Shown: in pieces, positions 37,846 through 51,597 of the stretch | Numbering within the stretch: position 1 is the stretch's first letter | Layout of the letters: each line of letters starts with the position of its first letter | Origin: Eledone cirrhosa | Lineage: Eukaryota | Direction of reading: 5' to 3' | Assembly (NCBI GenBank): GCA_964016885.1 | Contig: OZ024741.1 | Span: forward strand, 209,002,001-209,066,000 | DNA: 64,000 bases | The notes under the pieces: generated by a model | The model's input: only the letters and a program-made list of their open reading frames with translations | Told to the model about the DNA's origin: nothing | Databases searched by the model: none | Program-made: the position numbers and the translations under genes

Positions 37846-40800
37846 AGAAAAACAATCTACAGACGGAAAACTTATAACTAAACATATAAACTCTGAAATT
37901 AAGAATTTAGCTGAAATTATACCAAGAGTTATCAAAAATACAAGAGAAAGCCTACCACAACCCCCTTAGATGTCAGAACTAAACGAAAGAAATTTGGAAA
38001 ACAAAACAGAACGAATAAGAAAAGAAATGTGGAAGATATGGAAAAAATATCTTAACATAAGAAAAAAAACTTCTGGAAAGCATACGAATGCGAAAAATAT
38101 GTCGAAACACATTCGAAATGGCTCTCTCTAACGGCACCCATACTCCCTCGTAAATACCTAATTACAGAAATTGCAGGAGAACCAGAAGAAGAAACAAAAC
38201 TCCGGTGGGAACTTACATTGACAAAATTCAGGACCGACATCTCCATTTCTCAATGTAAACAATCCCGCTACAAAGCCAAATATGAAGCTATCGATGACCA
38301 AATTGAAGTTGAAATTTCAAAGCTAACGACTGGTATTATAGCTGAAAAACTACGAGAACTATGGATCGGAGATATCTCAAAAGAAGAAAACAAATCAAGA
38401 AAGGTATGGCAGCAGAAACATTTATTTCTCGACGAATATGCTGCAAATTATGGTAAAGAACCCTGAGAAAAAGCATTAAAAGTGGACAATCTCACCAACA
38501 CAACATACGCCAGAACACGTGCCAAAACAAACACTCACCTTACCTTGAATCAAAGAAGAACTACGGTAATAACTCTTCGCTTTTTCTACAAAAACACCCT
38601 AACGCACACAACATGAACAAAAAGCACAAACACAATAGATATTCCTTTGACCAGACCATGAGAAGTAGTAAAACCAGGAGATCATTCTCAAGATCTCAAC
38701 AGAGATTACCCACAAGAAACTGGGCGAAAAAACGATCTAAACCTGAAAGCAAACCTAGGTCATTTCCCCAGATTGTTAAAAATAATGCTCACAAGAAATG
38801 GAAAAATAATATACATAATACCAAAAATAGGACCAAATACATAACGAAACCAAATATAATATCACGACCAAAAGTTCATCAAGCAAACACCAACAGGAAT
38901 ATAAATCCTGAACAGAGAAAAATCCATTTTTTAACGTCAGGACAACAAAAACCGGAAAAAGAAAAACTCCAGGAGGAAACATACCCAAAACAACTGTACA
39001 CGTAGATCCTAAAATAATTAATTTATCCAAAAGAGATCTTGACAATGATGAAATGCAAATTCTGTCAAAAGGACTGAAATTCACACCGACTCCAACAGTC
39101 AACCACCAAGAACTGAAGGAGGATACCCAAGAATTCTGTCGAAAATTGCATCTTGTAGAATTCTTCGCGGATAAAAGTAATGAGTGATGAATCACTAGTA
39201 AAGAATAAATCAAATTTCACTCCAAAAGGAAGAAATATCTATCTCGACCAATACATTGACATCCTGTCTAAATTTCCTCTTAGACATAATACTAATGTTA
39301 GGCCAAACATTAACAAATCAGAAATGTCTGCACTTAAACGTATACAAAATGATTAAAAAAATAATAATTAAACCAGCAGATAAAGGGGGTGCAGTTGTTA
39401 TAATGGATGGTGAATACTACAAGGATTTGGTTGAGGAACAACTGAAAGACACAACATTCTATCATGAAATACCGTCAAATATAGACCACAACATCATGAA
39501 GAAGATCAACAACCTGGCTTCAAAATACCACAACTCACTTACTGATAAGGAAAGAGACTACATCACCAATTTTGAGCCAAAACCCAGCAACCTGTATGGC
39601 CTACCGAAAGTTCATAAATCAAAAGAAATACAACTGGCAGTAAGAACAAAACAGTGAGTACATTAAATTACTACACCCAAAAGACTTAAAACTTAGACCT
39701 ATTATAGCTGGTCCAACATGCCCCACCCACCGTCTAAGCAATTTTGTTGACATTATTTTGAAACCACTATGTATTCACATACCCAGTTTCATCCGGGATG
39801 ATATCGACTTCCTGTCCCATCTTCCCAAAACCACGGAAACGAATTCACTTCTACTTAGTTTTGATGTGGTAAGCCTTTACACCAACATTACACATGATTT
39901 AGGAATAAAGGCGGTTAAATACTGGGTGGAAAAACATAGAGAAGTGATTCCCATCAGATTCACAGCGCCATTTAAACTTATTCTGGAAAACAACACTTTC
40001 TTCTTCAATGGAAAGAATTACATCCAAATTAGAGGCACAGCAATGGGAACGAAGTTTGCTCCCGTTTACGCGACCTCTGTAATGGGATACTTAGAACAAC
40101 AACTCTACCAAGAAATAGCGGAAAAATATAGTAATGACTTTAAAAAGTACATTGAAAAATCTTGGAAGAGATACCATGACGACTGTTTCATCATCTGGAT
40201 AGAATCTCTAGATATTCTGGATGAGTTCAATATCCTCTTGAATAACCTACACCCATCTCTCCAATTCACAAAAGAGATGAGTAGTACCAAATTACCATTC
40301 CTAGATATAATGATAATCAAAAACGACACCACCATTACCACGGATATATATTATAAACACACAGACACCCATCAATATCTGAATTTTAAGTCGTGCCATC
40401 CACCTCATACAAAACGCAACATCCCATACTGCCTAGCCAGAAGAATTTGTACCATTGTAGAAGATACGAATACCAGGTACAAACGCCTAACAGAACTAAG
40501 AGTATTTTTGCACAAACAAAAATACCCATCTCTACTTATAGAAAATGGCATACAGCGGGCTATAAAAATACATATACAACAACTTAGGACAACCCAAGGA
40601 AAAAGAAACCAAGAACTGGTCATACCATTTATAATGACACACAACCCATGTCACCAGAATATCATCAATGCTGCCAAAGCAAACCTACCGATCATTGCTC
40701 AAAGTAATGAATTAAAAGGCTTAATCACAGATCGATCTTTGACTCTTAGTAAAAGACAGCCGAAAAATGTGAAGCAATTACTAACAAAAGCAAAGTTTGA

Positions 40801-41460
40801 CCTTAACAACAAAGACCAATCATTCACTGTATCTATCGATGTGGCACATGTCAAGCCATACACGCCGGTCAATATATGAAAACAAAAACTGGAAAAATAT
40901 TCCCAAATACAAATATGAACTGCAAAAGCAGAAATCTAATTTACTGCATTAAATGCCCGAATTATGAAGAACTATATGTCGGTCAAACTGGAAATGCATT
41001 ATCGGAACGTGCACGGGTACACCGACAGCAAATCAGAGACCCAAATGTCCGTCAGATACCCCTAAGTAACCATCTAGCAAGATGCGGTCAGGGAATATTT
41101 ATAATATTCCCATTCTACAAATTACACAGTCCAAGTGAAATCAAGAGAAAAATCAAAGAAAAGAATGTTATTGATAAATTCAAACCCAAGCTAAAGGAAT
41201 ATTAATAATGGGGTATCCTACTATGACTATGATTACGACCATTAAAAACAACAACAACAGTAATAATAATAATAAAAGTGATGTTGATTGTGATGATTAC
41301 TAGAAAATGGTATTTTCACCATTTCTAAAAATAGCAAAACAATTGATGCTCTGGATAGGGTCAATTAAGTAGTCGTTAGACATGCTCAACCAACCGTGAC
41401 GCCTAAACCAATCAGCTTTAGTAATCCAGTGAAACTACACACCGATTGGTCGAAATACAG
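37846..41460 (+). mobile_element. Neptune-like PLE with a long N-terminal region, decayed
   Basis: LSKGLKFTPT, KPADKGGAVV, LYGLPKVHK, FDVVSLYTNI, GTAMG, RYHDD, SCHP, CKSRNLIYCIKC..LYVGQT..ER..H; starts at (TA)n. Confidence 0.88.
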
Positions 41461-41469
41461 TTTGCAAGA

Positions 41470-43223
41470 TTTAGCATTGCTCGAAGTGGATTTGTCGATA
41501 AGGTAGCATATACAGAGTACGAAAATAGACCTAGAAGGAATAGATCCCGTCGCATTTGTTGGTTTAACCCACCATATAATATGGAGGTGGCCACACCATT
41601 AGCTAAGATCTTTCTTTCCCTTATTACGAAGCATTTTCCCCCTACACATAAATATAGTAAAATTTTTAATAGAAATACTATTAAAATGTCTTACTCTACG
41701 ACTCCTAACCTTGCACATAACATCACAGCTTCAAATTTAGCTAAACTACCTAGACGTAGGAACACGTGCAACCCTGTAGTTAGTACTAACTGTAATTGTA
41801 GAAATCGGGCTGATTGCCCCCTATCCGGGAAATGCCTCTCTAGTAACATTGTCTACAAATGTAAGGTTGTAACACCCACGTCCCGTAGGGCCTACATAGG
41901 GTTAACCGCCAATAGTTTCAAGCAGCGTCTTTACATGCATACCCATTCTTTTTGTTACCCTCTAAGAAGGAATATGACGTCACTTTCAGCTTATATCTGG
42001 AGTCTAAAAGACAACCACACCCAATATAAGTTACACTGGGAGATCCTAGCTAGGGCTAGATCGTATAACGGAAATAAAATACCATGTGACCTCTGCGCCG
42101 CTGAGGCCCTGGAAATACTCTACGCTACAGACCACATCTTAAACAAAAAATCTGAGGCAATTTCGGCTTGTAAACATAAATTGCACAAAACTTTCCTGTA
42201 TTACAGCCCCACGTTATACCCTAACGGATAGCACGATCTATACGTGGATATTTTACGTCTTGATGTGGGAGCTAAGTATATGTTTTGTTTATTCCTTTAC
42301 TTATTGGCATAGGTAAGTATATATTACCCGTATGTTTTGTGAAGGTATGTATACCTTCTCGTACGTATATTTGACTGTTATAGCGTATACATTTTACATA
42401 TTATGGTATTTAGGGTTTGGCTATGTGTATACGGGAGTCATGCGTCCGCGTGAGTGTGCTGGTTCGTACGTATGGTGGGAGTGTGTACTTCTTGTTTTAG
42501 TTGACTTACGTCTCCGAACATTCGTGTACTTATATGTAGGTATGCGTGTGCGCTTGTTATATACGTATTTATCTACTTATATACGTTTATATAATTATTT
42601 ATTTATTTGTACACAAGCATACACACACACACATATTTATATGTGCGTGGTTTTGTATACCCATGGTAAGGTTTTGCGTATGCTTGTGTATGTACGTATC
42701 TGTTTGCGTGTATGTATTTATTTGTTTCTATTACTTCTGTATTGTATTTATTTACTTTGTTCTTAACTCTGTAGCGGAGATTCATTTGATCTCCTAGTTA
42801 GTATTTTAGTCTACGATTTCTGCTATACCATTTACGTGGTTTTGTCTTTGCGTGCTATTGTTCTCCACGCTCCACGTATGACTTATTATCTTCGTTTTTT
42901 CGTTCATTGCCAGAGAACGTCTCTATGCACCACCTGAGAGAACATTAGTCTACGACCTCTTTTATACCATAAACGTGGTTTTGTCTTTGCGCGTAATTGT
43001 TTTTCACCGCTCCTATTAATGACGTATTATTCGTTTTTTCCCGTTCTTTGCCAGCGAACGTTACCACGAACCAAAGTATCGTCTTCCTGTCTTCCTCCGG
43101 TTGCAACGTTTTTTGAAATATCCAGTTCTGCGTTTACAGATTGACTTTGTTAGTTTCAGAAGATCCCGTTAAGGGTGAAAGCAGCGATTCTTTGCTTAAA
43201 CTTTAATCTGTTATTTTAATAAA
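41470..43223 (+). mobile_element. PLE family H2, 5'-truncated copy (thumb, GIY-YIG, 3' UTR/pLTR)
   Basis: ORF 41446-42231: WFNPPY, CNCRNRADCPL, YIGLT..FKQRL..H, CDLCAAE; 3' UTR matches about 11390-12395. Confidence 0.88.
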
Positions 43224-43246
43224 TATATATATATATATATATATAG

Positions 43247-43596
43247 ATAAATCTACCAAAAGTTTACGGTAGTGTCCAATCCGTATGAAGAACTCAATGT
43301 AATCCGGATATCATGAAAAGAAGAGATGCATTCAAAAATCACTTTCGGTGAAAGATAAACGGAATACAGAGTCAAGATAAATTATTAAAAAAATAATGAA
43401 TAAACAAAGAAACAGTTCCTTATATTAAACAAAAAAAGTTCATTATTTTACGATCGTTTCTAGGACATAGATCTTTTGAATATGCATACCAATTCTAACA
43501 CATATATGTCCTAGAAACGATCGTAAAATAATGAACTTTTTTGTTTAATATAAGGAACTGTTTCTTTGTTTATTCATTATTTTTTTAATAATTTAT
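43247..43596. mobile_element. Palindromic pLTR-only insert in (TA)n, with a hammerhead 3' half on both arms
   Basis: Arms 43377-43469 and 43505-43596; tatgtccta-GAA-ACGATCGT-A-aaataatg. Confidence 0.7.
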
Positions 43597-43614
43597 ATAT
43601 ATATATATATATAT

Positions 43615-44699
43615 CTAGGGCGGGTAAAATTCCCGAGATCCATGGACGAGTTCTCTCCAGCGGTCTCCCTCATTATCGCTGCCATGTCCTGCGTCTCCAA
43701 CCGACCAGTGTCTGTCCTTAGGGCATCAACATAGGTTATCCTTGGTCTTTCTCTTCCAGTGTGTCCATGTAGGGGCTCCCACAGGAGCACTGAGTGCAAT
43801 GTCAACTCTGGATCTCGGTGAGCATATCCAGCTAACCTCAGTCTGCTCTGTGTCAGTTTTAAGCTGACTTTCGGGAGGCTCCCATACAGCTCTGAGTTTT
43901 TCATCCTCAGTGTATACTGATTAATGTTCAGAGCCATCCTTAGCATTCTCGTGTAGCACCCATCCACCATCTGAGTGAGTCTCTTGGTCAGTGTCCAAGT
44001 CTCAGACCCGTACAGCAGCACAGACTCCACTACAGCAATGAAGAGGCGGACCTTCAGGTCTTCACGAAGGTCCGACTTCCACACCGATCTCAAGCTGTGG
44101 CACGCCGCCCAGGCTTTGCTCTTCCTCTCAACCACATCATCTTCCGCATTCCCAATCTTTGCTCCCAAATACAGGAAGTGCTCAACCAATTCTAGCGGCT
44201 TCCCGCCTACATTAGTGATCCCCTCTGGCCTCTCAACATTCTCTACCAGATATTTTGTTTTAGTCTCATTCATTCTCAGCCCCACACTCATCGACACAGT
44301 CTCAACCTCCTGCATCAAATACTCTGCCACCTTCACTGTATTTGTCACCAAAACTATGTCGTCGGCAAATTCAGCATCTGATATCTTTTTCGCCTTAACT
44401 CTCCTGCTCTGAGCCGGTGCTACAGTAAAGACAGAGTCCTGGTGTTTCTCCAGTGCAAGGCGCATACAATAGTCCACTACGATAAAAAGGTAGGGAGCCA
44501 ATGTATCTCCCTGGAGCACTCCAGCCAGTATCTCAAAGAACTCTGTCATCCCATCAGGTGTAATGACTTCGGCTTTGGTGTTGGTGTAGAGCAGTGATAT
44601 CAGGTCCACTATCTTCTTGGGGATTCCATAAGCCTGTAAGATCTTCATCAGGCAGTGACGGTCCACAGAATCAAAGGCCTTTCTAAAGTCAATGCGGTC

Positions 44700-44700
<1 letters not shown>
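43615..44700 (-). mobile_element. 5'-truncated RTE-clade LINE in (TA)n
   Basis: IDFRKAFDSV, GVLQGDTLAPYLF, FADD, FLYLG, LLYGSETW; uninterrupted frame. Confidence 0.88.
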
Positions 44701-44723
<23 letters not shown>

Positions 44724-44730
<7 letters not shown>

Positions 44731-45746
44731 GACAAGAAAGAAGAATACTGCGTGGTTGCACATAGGTTACATATGATAAAAAAAGTCCTTCGTCAGTGAT
44801 TTTCCAACCATCATTAGTATTTCATCGCATTAAAAATCAGATACCTCAGGTTGGTGCGAGCAATAACTAAAAAAGGTTATTGGGACCAGTAATTCGCGTA
44901 AAGCGAGGGGGACAAGTAAACAACATAGAAGGATAAAAGCAAACCGAAGATAGGAAAATAAACAAGCAACATGGTTGTCCGGTCAGCGTAAGCTGGGTGG
45001 ATTTCATGAGCGAGAGAGGTACAGACCGTCCGATGTGTGTGAGATGTAAGCAAGAAGAGACCCACTACAAGCCAAACGGGAGGAAGTGAGAAGGGGAGAA
45101 ACAGAGAGTGAGTGAGTGGAAGTGTGAAGAAGAGAGAAACAGAGAGTGAATGAGTCAGTCGAGAGAAAGTGTAACTGACAGAGAGAGCGGGGAAGCAGTA
45201 AGAGAGAAACATACAAACTCAGTCGAGGTAAATATATATAAAAAAAACATGACAAGAAAGAAGAATACTGCGTGGTTGCACATAGGTTACATATGATAAA
45301 AAAGTCCTTCGTCAGTGATTTTCCAACCATCGCATTAAAAATCAGATACCTCAGGTTGGTGCGAGCAATAACTAAATAAAGTTATTTGGACCAGTAATTC
45401 GCGTAAAGCGAGGGGGACAAGTAAAAAACATAGAAGGATAAAAGCAAACCGAAGATAGGAAAATAAACAAGCAACATGGTTGTCCGGTCAGCGTAAGCTG
45501 GGTGGATTTCATGAGCGAGAGAGGTACAGACCGTCCGATGTGTGTGAGATGTAAGCAAGAAGAGACCCACTACAAGCCAAACGGGAGGAAGTGAGAAGGG
45601 GAGAAACAGAGAGTGAATGAGTGGAAGTGTGAGGAAGAGGTCAGTCGAGAGAAAGTGTAACTGACAGAGGGAACGAAAGAAGGTGAGAGAAACAGAGAGA
45701 GCGGGGAAGCAGTAAGAGAGAAACAGACAAACGTAGCCGAGGTAAA
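44724..45746. repeat. Direct tandem duplication of an approximately 510-bp unit, possibly a pLTR on the minus strand
   Basis: 44724-45231 resembles 45246-45746; both start aaaacatgacaagaaag and end cgaggtaaat-(TA)n; minus strand carries CTGACGAAGGAC without the GAAA half. Confidence 0.85.
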
Positions 45747-46499
45747 TATATATATATATATATATATATAAGAGAGTATTGAAGTTTGCTTGAAGCATTG
45801 TGGAATAATAAGTAAATATCTTTAAGTCGTTTGGAAGCCTCGACAATGCAAATGGGTAAATCTCCGGGTAACAAGATTCGGTGGTGGAGAGAGAGATGTA
45901 AGTGGGTGTACGTTGAGATGCGTGGTGTGTATGAGATGTGTAGAAGAATGAAGGAAAGAGTATAAAGGATAAAATAAAATAACAACGCGAGAGAGAGTTA
46001 CCTTGGGAGAGATTTAATAGTCCCTATATATTTCGGATTCACATCCATCAACTGGGGGTTTTTCCGGGGTGGGGGAAAGGTTGTCTGTCGGACAAGTGCG
46101 AAACGCGTCCTCCGCTGTTTGTTGTTTTGAATATATATATATATATATATACTCTTTTGCTTTGACACCTGTCGAATAATAAAAGGCCAGAATCAATTAT
46201 TGCCAGAAATCATACAGGCGCCAGCTCATAGGAAACACGAAATTATGCATGAGTCGCTGTGTAATCACTCGTCCTGCTAGAAATCGCTGCCAATATATCA
46301 TCTCATCTTCAGGAAATAATAGATACAACTAAGTATGTTGTCCTTGATATTAAATAATAGAGCCTGAATTCTACCGCAGGAATGTTCAAACAGATTTGAT
46401 CTGAGCCTAAATAACAACGCATACAAGAAAAGAGCGTGATAAATGGCAAATCCTATTAAATGGCAACCACTGATGATACATATACAATATGCATACATA

Positions 46500-49465
46500 C
46501 ATACATGAAAAAACATAGGACATGTGACACTGCTCCTTACATGCAAACAAACAGAAAAAAACTCATTTCTCACCAACAAAGAGTGAAAAATAAAATAGAG
46601 ACGATGTTTGGTAACAGTAGAACCAGAACTCTCCAATATAAGCTGATCACCCTCAAACAAGAATTGAGAGCTGTTAGCGAAAAACGCCGATACGTGAAGA
46701 AGGTAGATGAGAGAAAATGCTTAATAAAAGATTCAGACGAAACCAAACATCAGTTTATAGAGATATGAAGGGCAAAATAATAAGTGTCACTGAGGCCCCA
46801 TCCCAGAAAGACAGATTCCTTTTGGAGAAAAATATGGGGTGAAAAGAAGAATTTCAACCAAGATGCAGTGTGGCTAAGAGAAATCCGAAAGGACTATTGC
46901 TCCTACACTACAACAAAAACATATGAAATAAGTGAGGGTACCCTTGAGACTGTGATAGGAAAACTCCAACATAAGAAAACACCAGGAAGAGACTTGATTG
47001 TCGGCTACTGGTACAAAAAACTAATATTCTATCGGAGGTATCTTACTGACCTCTACCAACAAGTTCTTAAGGGAGATACACTTATACCAGAATGGTTGAC
47101 ATTAGCCCAAACGTTACTGGTCCCCCAAGAACAAAGACACCCACTTGGCAAAAAACTACCGACCCATTGCATGCCAGAACCTGATGTATAAGATGTATAC
47201 AGCCTGCCTAAACCTATTCCTCCAAGATCACTGTGAAAATAATAACATCATCACAGATGAACAAGCAGCTGGAAAGAAAGGGGTTTGGGGATGTGCTGAA
47301 CAACTCCTAATCAACAAAACTGCGATGTCGGAGGTGCGACAACTTAGGAGGAATATGACTACAGTCTGGCTGGACTACAAGAAAGCTTTCGATTCTGTTA
47401 CCCACTCTTGGATGATAGAGGCCCTCCAACTTGCTAAAGTCCCAGACATTATTGTCAGAGCCATAGAGAGGCTGACTTCTTCTTGGGCTACTATCCTAAG
47501 GTTAAAGACAAAGAGGGAGGACTCTATTTTCACTGATAAAATAAAATATTGCAGGGGTATATTTCAGGGGGACAGTCTCTCTGTGATATTGTTCATCTTG
47601 TCATTAAACCCCTTGTCCTTTTTGCTCAAGAAATGTGAGGGATACATCATTGGCTCACAGGAGGACAGAAATACGAACCTAACCCATAATTTCTTTATGG
47701 ATGATCTTAAACTCTATGCCAAGAACATGGATGGGATGAAGAAAAATCTTGACCTGGTTACAACGTTCTCAAAGGATATAGGAATGGAGTTTGGCCAAGA
47801 TAAATGCTCATACATGACTGTAAAGCGGGGAAAAACAACAACCCAATCTAGCAACATTGTCATCAATGGTCTAACTGTTTCACCGATATCTGATGAGGAC
47901 TGCTACAGATACCTGGGGATAGATGAGAACATATCCTATAATGGTATATGTAATAAAGAACGCGTAACCAGGGAATACTACACCCGATTAAGAAAGATCT
48001 GGTCATCGGAACTCTCTGCGCAAAACAAAACAGTGGCTCACAATGTGTTTGCTGTGCTTGTCCTAACACCAACGTTTGGAATACTCAATTGGACGATAGA
48101 CGAAATCCCAGCAGTTGATGTTGGAACTCGAAAAATACTGAACAACACCGGAAACTTCCACATCAACAGTGACATAGACCGCCTTTACTTGAAACGTAAG
48201 CAGGGAGGCAGAGGCCTAACATCAGTCCAGACAACATTTGAATGTCGCATCATATCTCTCCGACAACATCTACGAACCTCGAAGCGTAGGAGCCCGCTTC
48301 TCGAGCAAGTCTATCTGCATGAAACAGATAAGATCATGAGAGTTAGTAAGGAACTCCTTGAGAGATATTCCCTGTGTGATAATCAAAAACTCACACCCAG
48401 GGATGTCGCTCAGCAGTATCGCAGTGAATCCATGGATGAAAAACAGCATGCCTATCAGCAAAGAATCATGCATGGATATGTTGCCAGGAAGCTCCAGAGT
48501 GAGAGTAATATAGACAAGGAAAGTAGTCTATCTTGGACCAACAACCGCTATATTGGCTCCCACTTTGAAGGATACGCTTTTGCAATCCAAGAACAGGAAA
48601 TTAGCACGAAATACCTGATTCACAAAAGAGATAGGGATGCAGGCAAAACACCTAGATGTGATAACAAGTGCAGACTCTGCAGAACTAACATCGAGGATAT
48701 CACCCATGTCATCAGAAGCTACCCAAAGATGTCATCGCGGTACTATCTACCTATGAGGCATGATGTAGTGGCCAAAACACTGTACAATGCAGTTCGTAAA
48801 AACGATAGCCCCGATAATAAACACATTAAAAGCTACAACAATGCGGAAGACATCTATGTACATAATATGAAAGAGGACTGGTGGAATGTTCCAGTAAAAA
48901 CCCCAATAAAATGCAGGCATAACAGACCAGATATTATGATATGGGACAGGGAGAAGAAAACATGCACAGTAGTGGAAATTAGCTGCCCAGCAGATGCCAA
49001 TATAATATCAAAGATTAGTGAAAAGGAGAATATTTATGCAGAACTGATGAGAAATCTGCAGATACTCCACCCTGATTACACCTTCAGATTTATGCCTGTG
49101 ATTATTGGGGCACTGGGATATGTTAGTAACTGCATCAATACAAATCTTGAGAAGCTAGGCTTCACAGGAACAGAAAGAACACAACTAGTTAGGAAACTAC
49201 AAGTACAATCCATTAATGTAACAGTAAAAATATGTAAAACATTCCAAAAATGTTACATCTAATAACTGCATATACACATGTACAGATACAACTCAAAACA
49301 TACACATCCACACATACAATAACATCCATATCTACACATGCATGCATGCATACATACCTACTTAGTTGATGTTGTGTAAATTCCAATGAGAGAGTCTTGT
49401 GTCTATGTTACAAACCGACTCTCTCTATTGGGAAAACTTTGTGAAATTATAAAACCAGAAGAACA
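46500..49465 (+). mobile_element. R4/Dong-type RLE non-LTR retrotransposon between (CATA)n tracts
   Basis: FWRKIWG, KTPGRD, NYRPIAC, LDYKKAFDSV, GIFQGDSLS, FMDD, CRLC..EDITH, RHD, RPDIMI..E. Confidence 0.9.
47145..49262 (+). CDS. RT plus zinc knuckle plus RLE, 705-aa open stretch; upstream part frameshifted
   Basis: Continuous ORF containing all RT motifs and a PD-(D/E)xK-type nuclease. Confidence 0.85.
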   Translation: MAKNYRPIACQNLMYKMYTACLNLFLQDHCENNNIITDEQAAGKKGVWGCAEQLLINKTAMSEVRQLRRNMTTVWLDYKKAFDSVTHSWMIEALQLAKVPDIIVRAIERLTSSWATILRLKTKREDSIFTDKIKYCRGIFQGDSLSVILFILSLNPLSFLLKKCEGYIIGSQEDRNTNLTHNFFMDDLKLYAKNMDGMKKNLDLVTTFSKDIGMEFGQDKCSYMTVKRGKTTTQSSNIVINGLTVSPISDEDCYRYLGIDENISYNGICNKERVTREYYTRLRKIWSSELSAQNKTVAHNVFAVLVLTPTFGILNWTIDEIPAVDVGTRKILNNTGNFHINSDIDRLYLKRKQGGRGLTSVQTTFECRIISLRQHLRTSKRRSPLLEQVYLHETDKIMRVSKELLERYSLCDNQKLTPRDVAQQYRSESMDEKQHAYQQRIMHGYVARKLQSESNIDKESSLSWTNNRYIGSHFEGYAFAIQEQEISTKYLIHKRDRDAGKTPRCDNKCRLCRTNIEDITHVIRSYPKMSSRYYLPMRHDVVAKTLYNAVRKNDSPDNKHIKSYNNAEDIYVHNMKEDWWNVPVKTPIKCRHNRPDIMIWDREKKTCTVVEISCPADANIISKISEKENIYAELMRNLQILHPDYTFRFMPVIIGALGYVSNCINTNLEKLGFTGTERTQLVRKLQVQSINVTVKICKTFQKCYI

Positions 49466-49714
49466 TACATACACACATACATATATATGACCTTTCTAAC
49501 ATGCACTTATGTCCCATTTACTCTAGTGTTACCATAACCCCTATTGTTGACAGTTGTGGTGGTTGTGGTTGTGGTGGTAGTGGTAGTGGTGATGGTTTTG
49601 GTGGTGGTGGTGGTGGTGGTGATTGTGGAGACGTTGTAGGCGTTTGCAGATTTGACGAGGATGGTTTGGGTGATAATGGGGAATGTAAAAAGAAATTTGT
49701 TGTTGTGGAGAAAT

Positions 49715-49811
<97 letters not shown>
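49715..49811. repeat. (TAG)n/(TTG)n microsatellite
   Basis: Direct reading; similar tracts at about 22470-22540 and 59218-59427. Confidence 0.95.
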
Positions 49812-49812
<1 letters not shown>

Positions 49813-50305
49813 AAAGGTGTTATGTGATAGAGGTGTAGGTGATGGTGGTGGTGATGGTGAGGAAACTAAATATACCCCACCACTATACATCACTACGTCA
49901 GCAATACTTCAGACGCTATATACCAATCATCAACACCGGACAGATATCTCTGAGAACATCTGTCCTATAATAAATAATGATAAGTATATCTTTGCCTGAA
50001 CCCGGCCGGTTATATAGCCATTATTGTGGCTTTGAGTATAACACTTAAGTCGATTGAATAGTCAGTTGCATAGCTTACTTATTGTGTCTTTGAGTATAAC
50101 ACTTAAGTTGATTGAATAGTCAGTTGTATAGCTTGAAACAGCTACTATGATTGTTCTTAGTTTTCTTCTCAAAACCATCGGATTATAAACCTGGTTGCTT
50201 TGTTCAGCAGATTGTCAAGATAGAGAACAGGTTAAAGGTGAGGAAACTAGTGCAGCATACATGTCTGTGTATGTATGAATACTTATATATGTATCTGTGT
50301 GTGTG

Positions 50306-50497
<192 letters not shown>

Positions 50498-50840
50498 GAA
50501 AATTGCAAACTTGACTGTCACCACACATTATGAACCTGAAGATTGCGAAAGCATGAAAGTACTTGTTCAATTAACACTTAACATTTAATATTCTATCATA
50601 CTATTTCATTATAATACCATTATAAATTTTAAAGGATTGTAAATAAAACGAGTAAATCAGACAAAGTTGGAATTCCTCTTATTAATATAATCTTCTATAC
50701 ACAATCATACACACCCGTGTATATTTATCTCTATATATATAAATATATATATATATATATTTATATATATAAATGGAAAAGAATGAGATGAAATTTCATT
50801 TCTTTCTCACTCTGTATGTATGCATGTATGTATGTAAATA

Positions 50841-50957
50841 GTAGAACCTGTGTCATGGTCGGGTCGTTGGCGACTAAACTGGCAACCCCACCAAGGTTTC
50901 TTGGTGAGGAGGGTAACTTTGGACATCCTGCAGGACTAAAAACAAAACCTGTCAAAC
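50841..50957 (+). mobile_element. 5' fragment of the RTE-tailed non-autonomous family
   Basis: catggtcgggtcgttggcgactaaactggcaaccccacc...ggtgaggagggt, following (TATG)n. Confidence 0.7.
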
Positions 50958-51117
50958 TTATAGTTATAAGGTTGGTAATTTAAAACTCTAATTCAGAGAT
51001 TTGATTCTGACTTGGTTTTTTTCTATTTAATTGCTATACAGTAACGGTAAAACTCACTTGTAATAATTCTTTACACACTTCTCACTGTGTAACACACCTC
51101 TTTTTGTGTAATATATT

Positions 51118-51172
<55 letters not shown>

Positions 51173-51241
51173 ACATATATATACATACATATATATATAT
51201 ACAGACATATATATATATATATGTGTGTGTGTGTGTACATG

Positions 51242-51272
<31 letters not shown>

Positions 51273-51289
51273 CCCTCCATCTCAACTCA

Positions 51290-51327
51290 CCTTTTGAAAA
51301 GCAGAAGAACTGCGAAACCGGTAAAGG
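51290..51327 (+). ncRNA. Minimal type-I hammerhead with compensatory U3/A8 core
   Basis: cctt-TTGAAAA-GCAG(aagaa)CTGC-GAA-ACCGGT-A-aagg; all stems perfect. Confidence 0.72.
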
Positions 51328-51597
51328 AACCAAATAAATATATATATTTTTTTTTTAAATAAGACTTCAGTTGCATTTTCGATTTCATCTCTTTTTCTTT
51401 ATACTTTCACTCGTGTAGGACACCTCGGTTATTTTTCATTTTGTATAAAAAAACCTCACTTTCTAATATATTTATATATATATATTTATATATATATATT
51501 TATATATATATATATAGTAATAATAATATATATATATATATGTGTGTGTGTATATGTATATATATATATACATATACACACACACATATATATATAT

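Noticed and set aside
50030-50135. Short direct repeats (also 28735-28790 and 62895-63025) as a CRISPR-like array
   Set aside because: Only two or three tandem copies, no series of unique spacers, and a eukaryotic context
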